Positions 30,395 through 40,798 of a stretch of 64,000 nucleotides of DNA are shown one piece after another. Position numbers and translations under genes: made by a program. The stretch comes from an uncultured Pelagibacteraceae bacterium (GTDB lineage: Bacteria; Pseudomonadota; Alphaproteobacteria; Pelagibacterales; Pelagibacteraceae), in NCBI GenBank assembly GCA_902615715.1, contig CACMQA010000004.1:11814-75813 (forward strand), in the 5' to 3' direction. Below the pieces are notes generated by a model. That model was not told the DNA's origin. It did not search any database and saw only the letters and a list, made by a program, of their open reading frames with translations. Numbering within the stretch: the first letter of the stretch is position 1; the number at the start of each line of letters is the position of its first letter.

Positions 30395-31612
30395 TTAATT
30401 TTTAAATACCTTTTGGCAATTTTTTATAGCTTCTGATAATTTATCCATATCTTCTTTATCGTTATATACTCCTATTGACGCCCTAGCAGTAGCAGCCATT
30501 CCAAGTTTTTCATGCAATATTTGACAACAATGATGTCCGGCTCTTATAGCTACTCCATCTTCATCTAAAATTGTTGCTATATCATGTGGATGAATATCTT
30601 TTAATGTAAAGCATAAAACAGAACCTCTACTTTTTGGGCTTCCTATAATTTTAATTGAATTATTCATTCTTAATTTTTCTAGTCCATATTCTAGTGTTTC
30701 ATTTTCATGTTTAGCAATATTAGTAATACCTAATTCTTCAATAAAATTTAATGACTCTGCAAATGAAACTACTTCAGCGGTTTGCATCGTCCCAGCTTCA
30801 AATTTCGTATGGTTATCAGCGAAGGTAATTTCTTGTTGTTTAACTTCATTTATCATTCCTCCTCCTCCTTGGTAAGGCGGCAATGCATCTACCCATTTTT
30901 TTTTCATATATAAAATGCCAAGACCATTAGGACCATACATTTTATGACATGATATAGCATAAAAATCACAGTCAATTTTTTGCATGTCAATTAAAGAATG
31001 TGGAGCGCCTTGAGTTCCATCTATCAAAACTGGAATATTTTTTTCTTTTGCCAGCTCAATAATTTTTTCAATAGGTAAAATAGCTCCTGTTACATTTGAT
31101 ATATGAGTTATAGCAATAATCTTAGTTTTTTTTGTAATTAATTTTTTTATTTCTTCAATTTCAACATCACCATCTTTATTTACTTGAGCAAATTTAATTA
31201 TTGCTCCTTTTTCTAACCTTAAATAATGCCAAGGAACATAATTTGAGTGATGCTCTAACTCAGTTATTAATATTTCGTCTCCATTATTGACATATTTTTT
31301 TCCAAAAGAAGAAGCAACTAAATTGATGGCCTCTGTTGCTCCTTTAGTAAATATTATTTCTTCTCTATGTTTAGCATTTAAATATTTTTGAACTTTATCT
31401 CTCGAAGCCTCAAATCGATTTGTAGCCTTAACAGCTAATGTATGAACGCTTCTACCAACGTTGGAAAATTCTGTTTCATAAAAGTTTGAAATTTTATCAA
31501 TAACCACTTGTGGCTTTTGAGAAGAATTTGCGCTATCAAGATATACTAAAGACTTACCATTAATTTTTTGTTTGAATATTGGAAACTCTTTTTTTATGTT
31601 TTTAATATCCAT
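30395..31612 (-). CDS. sufS: Cysteine desulfurase, SufS (group II)
   Basis: 405 aa. PLP-Lys in SCHKMYGP and active-site Cys in RAGHHCCQ. Confidence 0.94.
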   Translation of the reverse strand: MDIKNIKKEFPIFKQKINGKSLVYLDSANSSQKPQVVIDKISNFYETEFSNVGRSVHTLAVKATNRFEASRDKVQKYLNAKHREEIIFTKGATEAINLVASSFGKKYVNNGDEILITELEHHSNYVPWHYLRLEKGAIIKFAQVNKDGDVEIEEIKKLITKKTKIIAITHISNVTGAILPIEKIIELAKEKNIPVLIDGTQGAPHSLIDMQKIDCDFYAISCHKMYGPNGLGILYMKKKWVDALPPYQGGGGMINEVKQQEITFADNHTKFEAGTMQTAEVVSFAESLNFIEELGITNIAKHENETLEYGLEKLRMNNSIKIIGSPKSRGSVLCFTLKDIHPHDIATILDEDGVAIRAGHHCCQILHEKLGMAATARASIGVYNDKEDMDKLSEAIKNCQKVFKN

Positions 31613-32846
31613 TAATTTGTCTTTCTAATTTTTTTATTAAAAAATTTTTTAATTTTCCCTCTGCTAATTTTTCCAATGTTTCAATTAAAAAACCATTAAT
31701 TAACATTTTATAAGCTTCCTTTTCAGGAATTCCTCTCGTCTTTAAATAATGAATAGAATTTAAATCTATACTTCCTGATGTTGAACCATGAGAACATTTA
31801 ACATCATCTGCATAAATCTCTAATTCTGGTTTTGCATCAAACTCGGCATTACCATCTAAAATTAAAGCTCTGCTTAGTTGATATGCGTCTGTTTTTTGCG
31901 CATTATTTTTTACAAAAATTTTTCCTTGATAAACACCTTTGCTCTCATCACTTAAAACATCTTTTATTTTTTGAAAACTTTGACAATGTGGTGAGTTATG
32001 ATTTATACGAGTCTTAATTTCCTGATGCTCATTATTATTTAAATTTAAGGCAGAAAAAATGCTACTTTTTGAATGCTCTTCATTGAAATTAACTACAATA
32101 TCGATCTTATTAAATTTCAAACCAGATGAAAATAAATAATTCTCAAAATTGGAATTTTTTTCTAAATTGCTTTGAATATATTTATAAAAATAACCATTAC
32201 ATTTAGAGTTATTTATGAAAATATTACTTAGTGAAGAATTTTTTTTTATTTTAATATTTTCTATCGTATTTACCATAAAATTTTCTTGAATGGACTCATT
32301 CACATAGTTAATTAAATTTAACTTAGAGTTTTCATTAAGAATTATTAAATTTTTATAATTAACAATAGTTTCCTTCAATGAGTTTGAGAAATGATTATAA
32401 ATAACCAATGGTTTATTTAACTTATAATTTTTAGAAATTTCTAAAGAAAATCCTCCTGTTGCTAAAGCATCGTTGAGAAAATTTAACGAATTTTTTTTAT
32501 CAAAAATTATTTTATTATTATAGTTATAGTTTTCTAAAGAAATTTTATTTTTTTCCTCATATGAAAAATTTGAAGATATAAGTTTTCCATTTAAAAGTGA
32601 AATATAATTGTGTTCAAACTCTTTAATTAATTCTAATTTTTTATTCTTTAAGGAAAAATCTTTGTTAACAATATTTTTAAAGTTTTGACTCAAAATTTTA
32701 TTTAGATCCGTAAATTTCCAATCTTCATCTTTTTTATTAGGAAAGCCATTTTTATTAAACACCTCAAGATTTTTTTTTCTTAGGTTTTTATCCTTTGAAG
32801 ATAGGTTTTTAATTTTTTCAATTTTAAAATCGTAAAACTGTTTCAT
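31602..32846 (-). CDS. sufD: Fe-S cluster assembly protein SufD
   Basis: 414 aa lying between sufC and sufS. C-terminal beta-helix region with EIYADDVKCSHGSTSG. Confidence 0.9.
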   Translation of the reverse strand: MKQFYDFKIEKIKNLSSKDKNLRKKNLEVFNKNGFPNKKDEDWKFTDLNKILSQNFKNIVNKDFSLKNKKLELIKEFEHNYISLLNGKLISSNFSYEEKNKISLENYNYNNKIIFDKKNSLNFLNDALATGGFSLEISKNYKLNKPLVIYNHFSNSLKETIVNYKNLIILNENSKLNLINYVNESIQENFMVNTIENIKIKKNSSLSNIFINNSKCNGYFYKYIQSNLEKNSNFENYLFSSGLKFNKIDIVVNFNEEHSKSSIFSALNLNNNEHQEIKTRINHNSPHCQSFQKIKDVLSDESKGVYQGKIFVKNNAQKTDAYQLSRALILDGNAEFDAKPELEIYADDVKCSHGSTSGSIDLNSIHYLKTRGIPEKEAYKMLINGFLIETLEKLAEGKLKNFLIKKLERQINGY

Positions 32847-33581
32847 TTAAATTAAATTTTTATAACCTGTTTTTTCTAATTGCATTCCTAAATCTGCACT
32901 ACCAGTTTTAACAATTTTACCGTTAGATAAAACATGAACGTAATCTGGTTTTATATAATCTAAAAGTCTTTGATAGTGAGTAATAATTAAAAAAGCATTT
33001 TCTGTATTTTTATATGAATTTACTCCGTCTGCTACAATTCTTAAAGCGTCAATATCTAACCCTGAGTCTGTCTCATCTAAAATAGATAATTTTGGTTGTA
33101 ATAGCTTCATTTGTAAAATTTCATTTTTCTTTTTTTCTCCTCCAGAAAAACCAACATTTAGTTGACGAGATAAAAATTTTTCATCTATTCCAAGCTCAGC
33201 TGCTTTTTCCTTAATTAATTTTAAAAAAGTCAAAGTATCTAATTCTTTTTCACCTTTAGCTTTTAAGACTGAATTTAATGAAGTTCTTAAAAAAATATTA
33301 GTGTTTACTCCTGGTATTTCTAAAGGGTATTGAAATGCTAAAAAGATACCCTTTTGTGCTCTTTCCTCTGTGGAAAGGTCATTCAAACTCTCACCATTAT
33401 ATTGAATTTGACCTTTTGTTTCATATCCTGTCTTGCCTGATAATACGTTTGCTAGGGTACTTTTTCCTGAACCATTTGGACCCATAATTGCATGCACTTC
33501 ACCTGGTTTGATACTCAGGTTTAACCCCTTAAGAATATGTTTTTTGTCTATAGTTGCCTCTAAATTTTTAATATGTAACAT
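32847..33581 (-). CDS. sufC: Fe-S cluster assembly ATPase SufC
   Basis: 244 aa. Walker A GPNGSGKST, ABC signature FSGGEKKK and Walker B LDETDSGLD. Confidence 0.96.
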   Translation of the reverse strand: MLHIKNLEATIDKKHILKGLNLSIKPGEVHAIMGPNGSGKSTLANVLSGKTGYETKGQIQYNGESLNDLSTEERAQKGIFLAFQYPLEIPGVNTNIFLRTSLNSVLKAKGEKELDTLTFLKLIKEKAAELGIDEKFLSRQLNVGFSGGEKKKNEILQMKLLQPKLSILDETDSGLDIDALRIVADGVNSYKNTENAFLIITHYQRLLDYIKPDYVHVLSNGKIVKTGSADLGMQLEKTGYKNLI

Positions 33582-35017
33582 TATCCAACACTTCCTTCCA
33601 AACTAATTGCTACAAGTTTTTGAGCTTCAACAGCAAACTCCATAGGTAATTGTTGTAGAACCTCTTTACAAAAACCATTCACAATCAAGCTCACTGCTTC
33701 CTCTTGATCTAGACCTCTTTGATTGCAGTAATAAAGCTGATCTTCGTTTATTTTAGTAGTCGTAGCCTCGTGCTCAATTGTAGAAGTTGCATTATTATTT
33801 TTAATATAGGGAATAGTGTGCGCTCCACATTTGTTACCCATTAATAAAGAGTCGCATTGTGTGTAGTTTCTTGAGTTTAATGCTTTTTTATTAATATCCA
33901 CTAATCCTCTATACATATTATCAGCATTTCCTGCTGATATTCCTTTAGAAATTATTCTACTTTTTGTATTTTTTCCAAGGTGAATCATTTTTGTTCCTGT
34001 ATCAGCTTTTTGAAAATTATTTGTGATTGCTATAGAATAAAATTCTCCAACTGAATTATCCCCTTGCAGAATACAACTAGGATATTTCCACGTAATTGCA
34101 GATCCTGTTTCCACTTGTGTCCAGGAAATTTTTGAATTTTTTCCCCTGCAAGCACCTCTTTTAGTAACAAAGTTATAGATTCCGCCAACACCCTTTTCGT
34201 CACCTGGATACCAATTTTGAACTGTTGAATATTTTATTTCCGCATCATCTAAAGCAACTAATTCTACATTAGCAGCATGTAACTGGTTTTCATCTCTCAT
34301 TGGAGCAGTACATCCTTCTAAATAACTTACATAACTCCCCTTGTCGGCAATAATTAAAGTCCTTTCAAATTGACCTGTCTCTGAAGCATTTATTCTAAAA
34401 TAAGTTGATAGCTCCATTGGACACTTAGTATTCGGCGGAATATACACAAAAGATCCGTCAGTAAAAACGGCTGAGTTTAAAGTTGCAAAATAATGATCAC
34501 TTAATGGTATCACTGAACCAAGATATTTTTTTACAAGTTCAGGATGTTTTTGAATAGCCTCTGATATTGAGCAAAAAATTATTCCTTTTTTCGTTAATTC
34601 ATCTTTAAAAGTTGTTGCAACAGAAACTGAGTCAAATACAGCATCGACAGCTATACCATTCAAACGTTTTTGTTCATTTAAAGGTATTCCAAGTTTTTTA
34701 TAAGTTTCCAATATCTTGGGATCTATCTCTTCTAAACTTTTAGGCTTATTAGAAGCGCTTTTAGGTGCTGAATAGTAATATAGATCTTGATAATTAATTT
34801 TTGGATATTTTGGTTTTTGCCAATCAGGTTCTTTTAAAACTTTTAATCTATTAAAAGCTTTCAATCTCCATTCCAACATCCACTTTGGTTCTTTTTTAAT
34901 ATTAGATATAAATTTAATTGTATCCTCATTTAATCCTTTTGGAGAGCGAATATTCTCAACTTCAGTTGTGAAACCGTATTTATACTCCTTAGTATTTTTT
35001 AGATCTTCTGTTTTCAT
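33581..35017 (-). CDS. sufB: Fe-S cluster assembly scaffold SufB
   Basis: 478 aa with highly conserved blocks [22 protein letters not shown] and [24 protein letters not shown]. Confidence 0.96.
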   Translation of the reverse strand: MKTEDLKNTKEYKYGFTTEVENIRSPKGLNEDTIKFISNIKKEPKWMLEWRLKAFNRLKVLKEPDWQKPKYPKINYQDLYYYSAPKSASNKPKSLEEIDPKILETYKKLGIPLNEQKRLNGIAVDAVFDSVSVATTFKDELTKKGIIFCSISEAIQKHPELVKKYLGSVIPLSDHYFATLNSAVFTDGSFVYIPPNTKCPMELSTYFRINASETGQFERTLIIADKGSYVSYLEGCTAPMRDENQLHAANVELVALDDAEIKYSTVQNWYPGDEKGVGGIYNFVTKRGACRGKNSKISWTQVETGSAITWKYPSCILQGDNSVGEFYSIAITNNFQKADTGTKMIHLGKNTKSRIISKGISAGNADNMYRGLVDINKKALNSRNYTQCDSLLMGNKCGAHTIPYIKNNNATSTIEHEATTTKINEDQLYYCNQRGLDQEEAVSLIVNGFCKEVLQQLPMEFAVEAQKLVAISLEGSVG

Positions 35018-35439
35018 TTATTAAGATTTTGATTTTTTTTAACTAAGTCTTGTAATTTAACCTTTTCAAAAAAATTATTTATATGCTGATCAAGCTGATC
35101 CCATAAATTGTGAGTTATACATTTTGAGGATTTGTTATTACAACCTTTTTTTGACTCCTTTTTGCAATTAAGCATCTTTACTTCTTCATCAACTGCAGAA
35201 ATAATATTTGAAATCTTAATTTCTTCTGCTGGAATTTCTAAAATATATCCTCCTTTTGCGCCTCTTATGCTTTTAACTAAATTATTGTTTTTAAGTTTAA
35301 TAAATATTTGCTCCAAATATGCTAAAGAAATATTTTGCCTTAAAGAAATATCTGTAAGACTTATAGGTCCTTTATCTTTAAATAACGCTAGATCCGCCAT
35401 GGCCATTACCGCGTATCTGCCTTTACTCGTTAGTTTCAT
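35014..35439 (-). CDS. Rrf2-family transcriptional regulator (IscR-like, Cys3-His cluster ligands)
   Basis: 141 aa. N-terminal w[21 protein letters not shown]. Putative Fe-S ligands C-x7-C-x6-C-x2-H ([19 protein letters not shown]). It heads the suf cluster. Confidence 0.85.
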   Translation of the reverse strand: MKLTSKGRYAVMAMADLALFKDKGPISLTDISLRQNISLAYLEQIFIKLKNNNLVKSIRGAKGGYILEIPAEEIKISNIISAVDEEVKMLNCKKESKKGCNNKSSKCITHNLWDQLDQHINNFFEKVKLQDLVKKNQNLNK

Positions 35440-35571
35440 AAATTATTGTTGTAATACAATATATTTTTAATAAATCCTACCGTTTTAGTATGAATTAAAA
35501 AAAATTATTTGACGCATAAAAACATGTTATAAAATATTACTTTTTTTTAAAAATAATAATCATTATCAAAA

Positions 35572-36228
35572 ATGAAACCAAAAAGTTTAGAAATTTTTAT
35601 ACCTGGACCTGCAGGAAGACTTGAAGCTAAATATTACAAAAATCCAAAGTTTGGGGCTCCGGTTGCGATTGTATTGCATCCTCATCCTCAATACGGAGGA
35701 ACAATGAATAATAGAATTGTTCATCTTATGTATAATATTTTTTTAGAAAATGGTTTTTCAGTTATTAAAGTAAACTTCAGAGGCGTTGGAAAAAGTGAGG
35801 GAGTTTTTGATAATGGCCAAGGAGAATTGTCTGATGCTGCTGCAGCATTAGATTGGATTGAAAGACAAAATTTAGATTATAGTCAATGTTGGGTTTCTGG
35901 CTTTTCTTTTGGATCTTTAATTTGCATGCAATTAATAATGAGGAGGCCTGAAGTAAATAATTTTATTGCAGTTTCACCACAGCCCAATGTATATGATTTT
36001 TCTTTTCTAGCACCTTGTCCTACATCTGGTCAGGTTGTTTATAGTGAGAATGACGAATTAGTCACAAAAGAAAGTATTAATGAATTAGATAAAAGGATAA
36101 AGACTCAAAAAGGGGTTGAGGTTATTTTTTCAAAAATAAAAGATTCTAATCACTTTTTTAAAAATAAAGAAAAAGAATTAATACTTGAAATAGAAAAGTA
36201 TTTAAAAGAAAAAACTGCGCTTATTTAG
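35572..36228 (+). CDS. Alpha/beta-fold hydrolase (COG2945-like)
   Basis: 218 aa with HPHPQYGGTMNNRIV and the nucleophile elbow GFSFG. Confidence 0.7.
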   Translation: MKPKSLEIFIPGPAGRLEAKYYKNPKFGAPVAIVLHPHPQYGGTMNNRIVHLMYNIFLENGFSVIKVNFRGVGKSEGVFDNGQGELSDAAAALDWIERQNLDYSQCWVSGFSFGSLICMQLIMRRPEVNNFIAVSPQPNVYDFSFLAPCPTSGQVVYSENDELVTKESINELDKRIKTQKGVEVIFSKIKDSNHFFKNKEKELILEIEKYLKEKTALI

Positions 36229-37340
36229 TTTTTTACTAATTCTCCTCCAGAGCAAGGAAATTTACATCCAGTCGTATTTGGAAACGAAAGTGGTAATTTT
36301 TGTATCGATCTCACAGCTAAATAAGCAAAAGCTTGGGACTCAACGAAATCACCATCTATTTTATATTCATCAATAAATTTCAAATTTATACTTTTAGATA
36401 AGTTTTCTTTTATTTTTTGGACTAAGACTGGATTTTTTCTACCGCCGCCACAGAGTAATATATTTTTAATTTTTAATTTAGAATTATTTAGCGATAAGGA
36501 TAATTCTTCTCCAATAATGCTCGCTGTAAAATCTGTAAGAGTTGTTACACCATCTTCAAAATTTAAACCTCTTAAAAAGGAGATATCAAAATCACTTGTA
36601 TCAAAAGATTTTTTCTTATTATTTCTATTAGCGTATAATTCTTGTGCTTGCTCAAAAATTATTTCATTTCTGTTTCCACTTTTAGCAAGAAGTCCGTCTC
36701 GATCAAATTTTTTATCGGAATTTTTTCTAACCCAATAATCTATAAGACAATTACCAGGTCCAATATCTCTACTAAATAATTCAGATAAATTTTTCTTATT
36801 TTTAATAATAGTAATATTTGCTATTCCTCCGATATTAAGGAAACAAACTGGTAAATCAATTTTTTTTTGTAAAGAAATTAAATGATGAAAAATAGGTGTT
36901 AATGGTGCACCCTGTCCACCATTTAAAATGTCATTATTTCTGAAATTAAATATTACTTTTTTATTTGTTAATTGACTTAATAGCTTTCCATTTCCTATTT
37001 GTTTAGATACTTTTTCTTTTGGATTATGAAAAATAGTTTGACCGTGAAAACCAATTATCGACTCATCACTTATTTTTAATTCTTCAATTATTTTGGCATG
37101 GAAAATAGTTATGCCTCTTTCTAAGTTGTTAATTTCGTTTTTGTATGTTTTTAAATCCTCAATTTTATGTATTTTTTCTTTAAGCTTGTGAATATCTTTA
37201 TAAATATCTGAGTCATATTCAAAATACTTGTCTTTAATAGTCTCATATTGATTTATTCCATCGGTCTTTATAATAGATGCATCTACTCCATCCCCAGAAG
37301 TTCCGCTCATTAAACCTAATGCGATCCAATTTTTTTGCAT
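36225..37340 (-). CDS. anmK: Anhydro-N-acetylmuramic acid kinase
   Basis: 371 aa. N-terminal GLMSGTSGDGVDA, plus NIGGIAN and CGGGRKN motifs of the AnmK family. Confidence 0.9.
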   Translation of the reverse strand: MQKNWIALGLMSGTSGDGVDASIIKTDGINQYETIKDKYFEYDSDIYKDIHKLKEKIHKIEDLKTYKNEINNLERGITIFHAKIIEELKISDESIIGFHGQTIFHNPKEKVSKQIGNGKLLSQLTNKKVIFNFRNNDILNGGQGAPLTPIFHHLISLQKKIDLPVCFLNIGGIANITIIKNKKNLSELFSRDIGPGNCLIDYWVRKNSDKKFDRDGLLAKSGNRNEIIFEQAQELYANRNNKKKSFDTSDFDISFLRGLNFEDGVTTLTDFTASIIGEELSLSLNNSKLKIKNILLCGGGRKNPVLVQKIKENLSKSINLKFIDEYKIDGDFVESQAFAYLAVRSIQKLPLSFPNTTGCKFPCSGGELVKN

Positions 37341-37365
37341 ATTTTTATTTATTTATAACAATTTT

Positions 37366-37373
37366 TGTATAAT
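37366..37373 (+). promoter_or_regulatory. Candidate -10 element (TGTATAAT) for tyrS
   Basis: A perfect TATAAT at 37368..37373 preceded by TG, 22 nt upstream of the tyrS ATG. The -35 region is weak. AT-rich background makes chance matches common. Confidence 0.3.
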
Positions 37374-37395
37374 AGTTGCTTAAGTAAATAGCACT

Positions 37396-38634
37396 ATGAA
37401 AAATAATTTTTTACAAGAAATGAAAAATCGAGGATATCTACACCAATGTACTGATATAGATAAGCTGGGTAAAATTTGTGATAAAAACCCCATCTCCGGT
37501 TATATAGGGTTCGACTGTACAGCAAGCAGCTTACACGTAGGTAGTCTTTTGCAAATAATGATATTAAAATTAATGCAAAAACACGGCCATCGACCAATTA
37601 TTCTTTTGGGAGGTGGAACAACGCTTATAGGTGATCCATCTGGAAAAGACTCTACAAGAAAAATTCTAGAACCAAATGAAATAAAAAATAATATTTCAAG
37701 CATAAAAAAAGCATTCAGTAAAATTTTAGATACATCTAATAAAAATACATCTCCAGTGTTCGTAGATAATGCTGAATGGTTGACAAAACTAAATTATATT
37801 CAATTTTTAAGAGATATAGGAAGTCATTTTACAATTAATAAAATGCTTACATTTGACAGTGTAAAACTAAGGTTGGAAAGAGAGCAATCGCTCAGCTATA
37901 TGGAATTTAATTATATGATATTACAAGCTTACGATTTTTATCAATTATTTAAAAATAAAAATTGTATTTTACAAATTGGTGGGTCAGATCAATGGGGTAA
38001 CATCGTTAATGGAACGGATTTAATTAGAAGAATAATGCAAAAAGAAGCATTTGGTCTTACCTCACCTTTAATCACACTCGCTTCTGGAACCAAAATGGGA
38101 AAGACTGAAAAAGGAGCTGTATGGTTAAATGAAGAATATCTTTCAGCATACGATTATTGGCAATTTTGGAGAAATACTGATGACCGCGATGTTAAAAGAT
38201 TTCTTCTTTTTTTTACACAATTAGAAACAAAGGAAATTGATATTATTTGCAATAAAGAAAAAAATATAAATAATTTAAAAATCTTATTAGCTAACGAAGC
38301 TACAAAATTACTTCATGGTGAAAATGCATCAAAAAAAGCTGAACAAACAGCAAAAGAAACATTTGAAGGAGGTGGATATGGTTCTGATTTACCAGAAATA
38401 AAAATTCACTCTGATGATATAAAAAAAGGAATAAATATTTTAGATTTTGTTGCAGAAAATAAAATTTTACCTTCTAAAAGTGAAGCACGAAGAGTAATAG
38501 CTAATAATGGTTTAAAAATAGATAATGTCATAGTAAATAATGAAAAAAAAATACTTTTATTAAAAGATTTCAAAAATAATAAATTAAAAATCTCTTACGG
38601 GAAAAAAAAACATTTCTTAGTAAAAATTATTTAG
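37396..38634 (+). CDS. tyrS: Tyrosyl-tRNA synthetase
   Basis: 412 aa. HIGH-type SLHVGSL, KMSKS-type KMGKT and a C-terminal S4-like domain (SKSEARRVIANNGLKID). Confidence 0.95.
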   Translation: MKNNFLQEMKNRGYLHQCTDIDKLGKICDKNPISGYIGFDCTASSLHVGSLLQIMILKLMQKHGHRPIILLGGGTTLIGDPSGKDSTRKILEPNEIKNNISSIKKAFSKILDTSNKNTSPVFVDNAEWLTKLNYIQFLRDIGSHFTINKMLTFDSVKLRLEREQSLSYMEFNYMILQAYDFYQLFKNKNCILQIGGSDQWGNIVNGTDLIRRIMQKEAFGLTSPLITLASGTKMGKTEKGAVWLNEEYLSAYDYWQFWRNTDDRDVKRFLLFFTQLETKEIDIICNKEKNINNLKILLANEATKLLHGENASKKAEQTAKETFEGGGYGSDLPEIKIHSDDIKKGINILDFVAENKILPSKSEARRVIANNGLKIDNVIVNNEKKILLLKDFKNNKLKISYGKKKHFLVKII

Positions 38635-40798
38635 CTACTTTATTTCTATCAATAATTTTTTGTATAAATCTTGGAGTTATTGTTTTTATAGGATTAATCG
38701 TGGTTTTAATTTTCCCTTTTGGTCCTTTCATTTTAAAACTAATACCAAATAAACCTTCGCCAACTTCTTTTGGTATAACTATGTTTCCAATAACAGGTAT
38801 TTTTGCAATCATTTTATTTAATGTTTTAGCAGGTACTAAAGTACCTCTTAAACTTGTGACATTATTTTCATCCTGATATCCCTCCATTAAAACAGACATG
38901 CTTGGTCCTAAAGCAAGTATTTCGTTTAGTTTTAAAAAATTTTTATTTTTTTCCATATCTATTTCTAATAAATTAAATGATAATCCCTCTCCCTCTGCCA
39001 AATCTGCTAAACCTCCAAGATCTGCTAAAGACAATAATTTAACAACTCCAGGAGCATTTATAACTTTAAAATCCTCAATCTTTAGTTTTGAGTTTGATAA
39101 TGTGCCATCTATAATAGATGTGTAAAGTAATTTCCCTCCTGAAAGACCTTTAAAAAAACTATATTCGGCTAATAATGGCCTAGGCAAATCTGAATAAATT
39201 TCTAAATATTTTTTATTTGTATTTTTGTCTTTTTTAAGAGATATATCGAGAAAATTATTTCCTCCAAAATCACCCTTTGATGAAATCTTTGTAAATTGAC
39301 CTCTTTTAATCTCACCTATTAATTTAAAATTTTTAAGCTTTTCAGACATTGGAACTTTGATGTTTTCAAAGTCAATTTCAATATTCCGATTTAATTCTTG
39401 AAATATATTTTCACCGCCTTTATTACCGAAATATTTTGCTACATTCGATGCATCAAATTTTTTTCCTCTTATTTCTATTTTATTATTATTTGTAATTAAA
39501 AATTCATTATTTTTTGTAAATACTTCTATTGATCTGAAAGATGAATATTTTTTTTTTTTGAATACAAAATCCTTAATTTTAATTAAATTTTTCGCCTCTT
39601 GATATTGAAGCCCATTTATCTTAAAAGTATTTTTAGCTTTCTCAAAATTTAAAGATATACTTGCTATAGAATTTTTAGGTTTTTTGTAATTAATAAAATC
39701 TACTTGTAAACTTTCATCAAAATCAAAATCTAGAATTAAATTAGCTAAATCATTTTTTGAATTATTTTCAATGCTAATTGACATAAAATCAGAAAGATTC
39801 AATGCGTATTTTCCTTCAGCTTTAAAATTTATTTCATTTTTTTTTATATTGCTTGAAAGATTTAAATTTGAAATTTGTAATGATTTAATTTCTTTTTCCA
39901 AAAAAACATATTTAATAGGATCCTTAAATTTTATATTTCCTTTCTCAATATTACCTGAAATTTTATAATTATAGTCTTCAACTTTGTAAGTTTTATCAAA
40001 ACTTATAGTAAGATTATTATTTAAATTAGCCTTTAAATTTTTAAAATCTTTAACTAGTGCAAATTTGTCTAAATATTTACTATACTTGCTTAAAAGATCT
40101 TTATTAAAATCAAATTTAGACTTAAAATTAGATACAAGATGTACTCCATTTTCTAAGTTTACTTTTATATCACCATCAGATATTTTTATTTCCTCTAGTT
40201 CTCCAAAAATATTTTTAATCAAAATATCATTTTTATCTGCAAAAAATCCCAAATTTACATTTTTAAAACTTAAATTGTTTTGCAGATCAACTTTTAATCC
40301 TTTTATAGTTCCTCTCGCTATAAAGTCTTTGAATGAACCTTTTTCTGTTAAAAAAATATCAACCTCAGAAATTAATTTGCCTTCTTTTATTCTATTATTT
40401 AGTAAGCTTTTAAAGTTTGAAGGTTTGATAATTTGCGATAATTTATTTAATTGTACTATATCTAATTCTTGAAAAGTAAGACTAGTTTTAGTTATTTTCG
40501 GATCTATATCTAGTAAAGAAAAAAAATCGACAAATACCTTAATATTTTTAACAGGTATTGAGACTTCTCTATAAGCGATTTTCGGATTATTTGTTTCTAA
40601 AAATAAACTAAGCTCTTTAAGATTAATCTTGAATTTAATTTTATCTAATTCTAAATTAATATTTTTTGTTTGGGATGATCTATCAATTATAAATTTGTTA
40701 AATTTGTCGGTTTCAAAACCTAAAGTTGATAGTAGTGCAATTAGTGTAATAAATAGAATTATTATAAGTAAAATAAAATTAGTTATAATTTTTTTCAT
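38627..40798 (-). CDS. AsmA-family (YhdP/TamB-like) membrane-anchored envelope protein
   Basis: 723 aa. N-terminal TM anchor, a long repetitive beta-rich body and a C-terminal block (LRGTLVPAKTLN..IPVIGNIV..GEGLFGISFKMKGPKGKIKTTINPIKTITPRF) typical of AsmA-like C-terminal regions. Confidence 0.6.
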   Translation of the reverse strand: MKKIITNFILLIIILFITLIALLSTLGFETDKFNKFIIDRSSQTKNINLELDKIKFKINLKELSLFLETNNPKIAYREVSIPVKNIKVFVDFFSLLDIDPKITKTSLTFQELDIVQLNKLSQIIKPSNFKSLLNNRIKEGKLISEVDIFLTEKGSFKDFIARGTIKGLKVDLQNNLSFKNVNLGFFADKNDILIKNIFGELEEIKISDGDIKVNLENGVHLVSNFKSKFDFNKDLLSKYSKYLDKFALVKDFKNLKANLNNNLTISFDKTYKVEDYNYKISGNIEKGNIKFKDPIKYVFLEKEIKSLQISNLNLSSNIKKNEINFKAEGKYALNLSDFMSISIENNSKNDLANLILDFDFDESLQVDFINYKKPKNSIASISLNFEKAKNTFKINGLQYQEAKNLIKIKDFVFKKKKYSSFRSIEVFTKNNEFLITNNNKIEIRGKKFDASNVAKYFGNKGGENIFQELNRNIEIDFENIKVPMSEKLKNFKLIGEIKRGQFTKISSKGDFGGNNFLDISLKKDKNTNKKYLEIYSDLPRPLLAEYSFFKGLSGGKLLYTSIIDGTLSNSKLKIEDFKVINAPGVVKLLSLADLGGLADLAEGEGLSFNLLEIDMEKNKNFLKLNEILALGPSMSVLMEGYQDENNVTSLRGTLVPAKTLNKMIAKIPVIGNIVIPKEVGEGLFGISFKMKGPKGKIKTTINPIKTITPRFIQKIIDRNKVAK

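Noticed and set aside
35444-35461. An inverted repeat TATTGT-N6-ACAATA just upstream of the Rrf2 regulator start, considered as a possible autoregulatory operator.
   Set aside because: Six-bp arms in roughly 75% A+T DNA are expected by chance. I cannot match it to an IscR or RirA motif with confidence. It needs comparative footprinting before being called.
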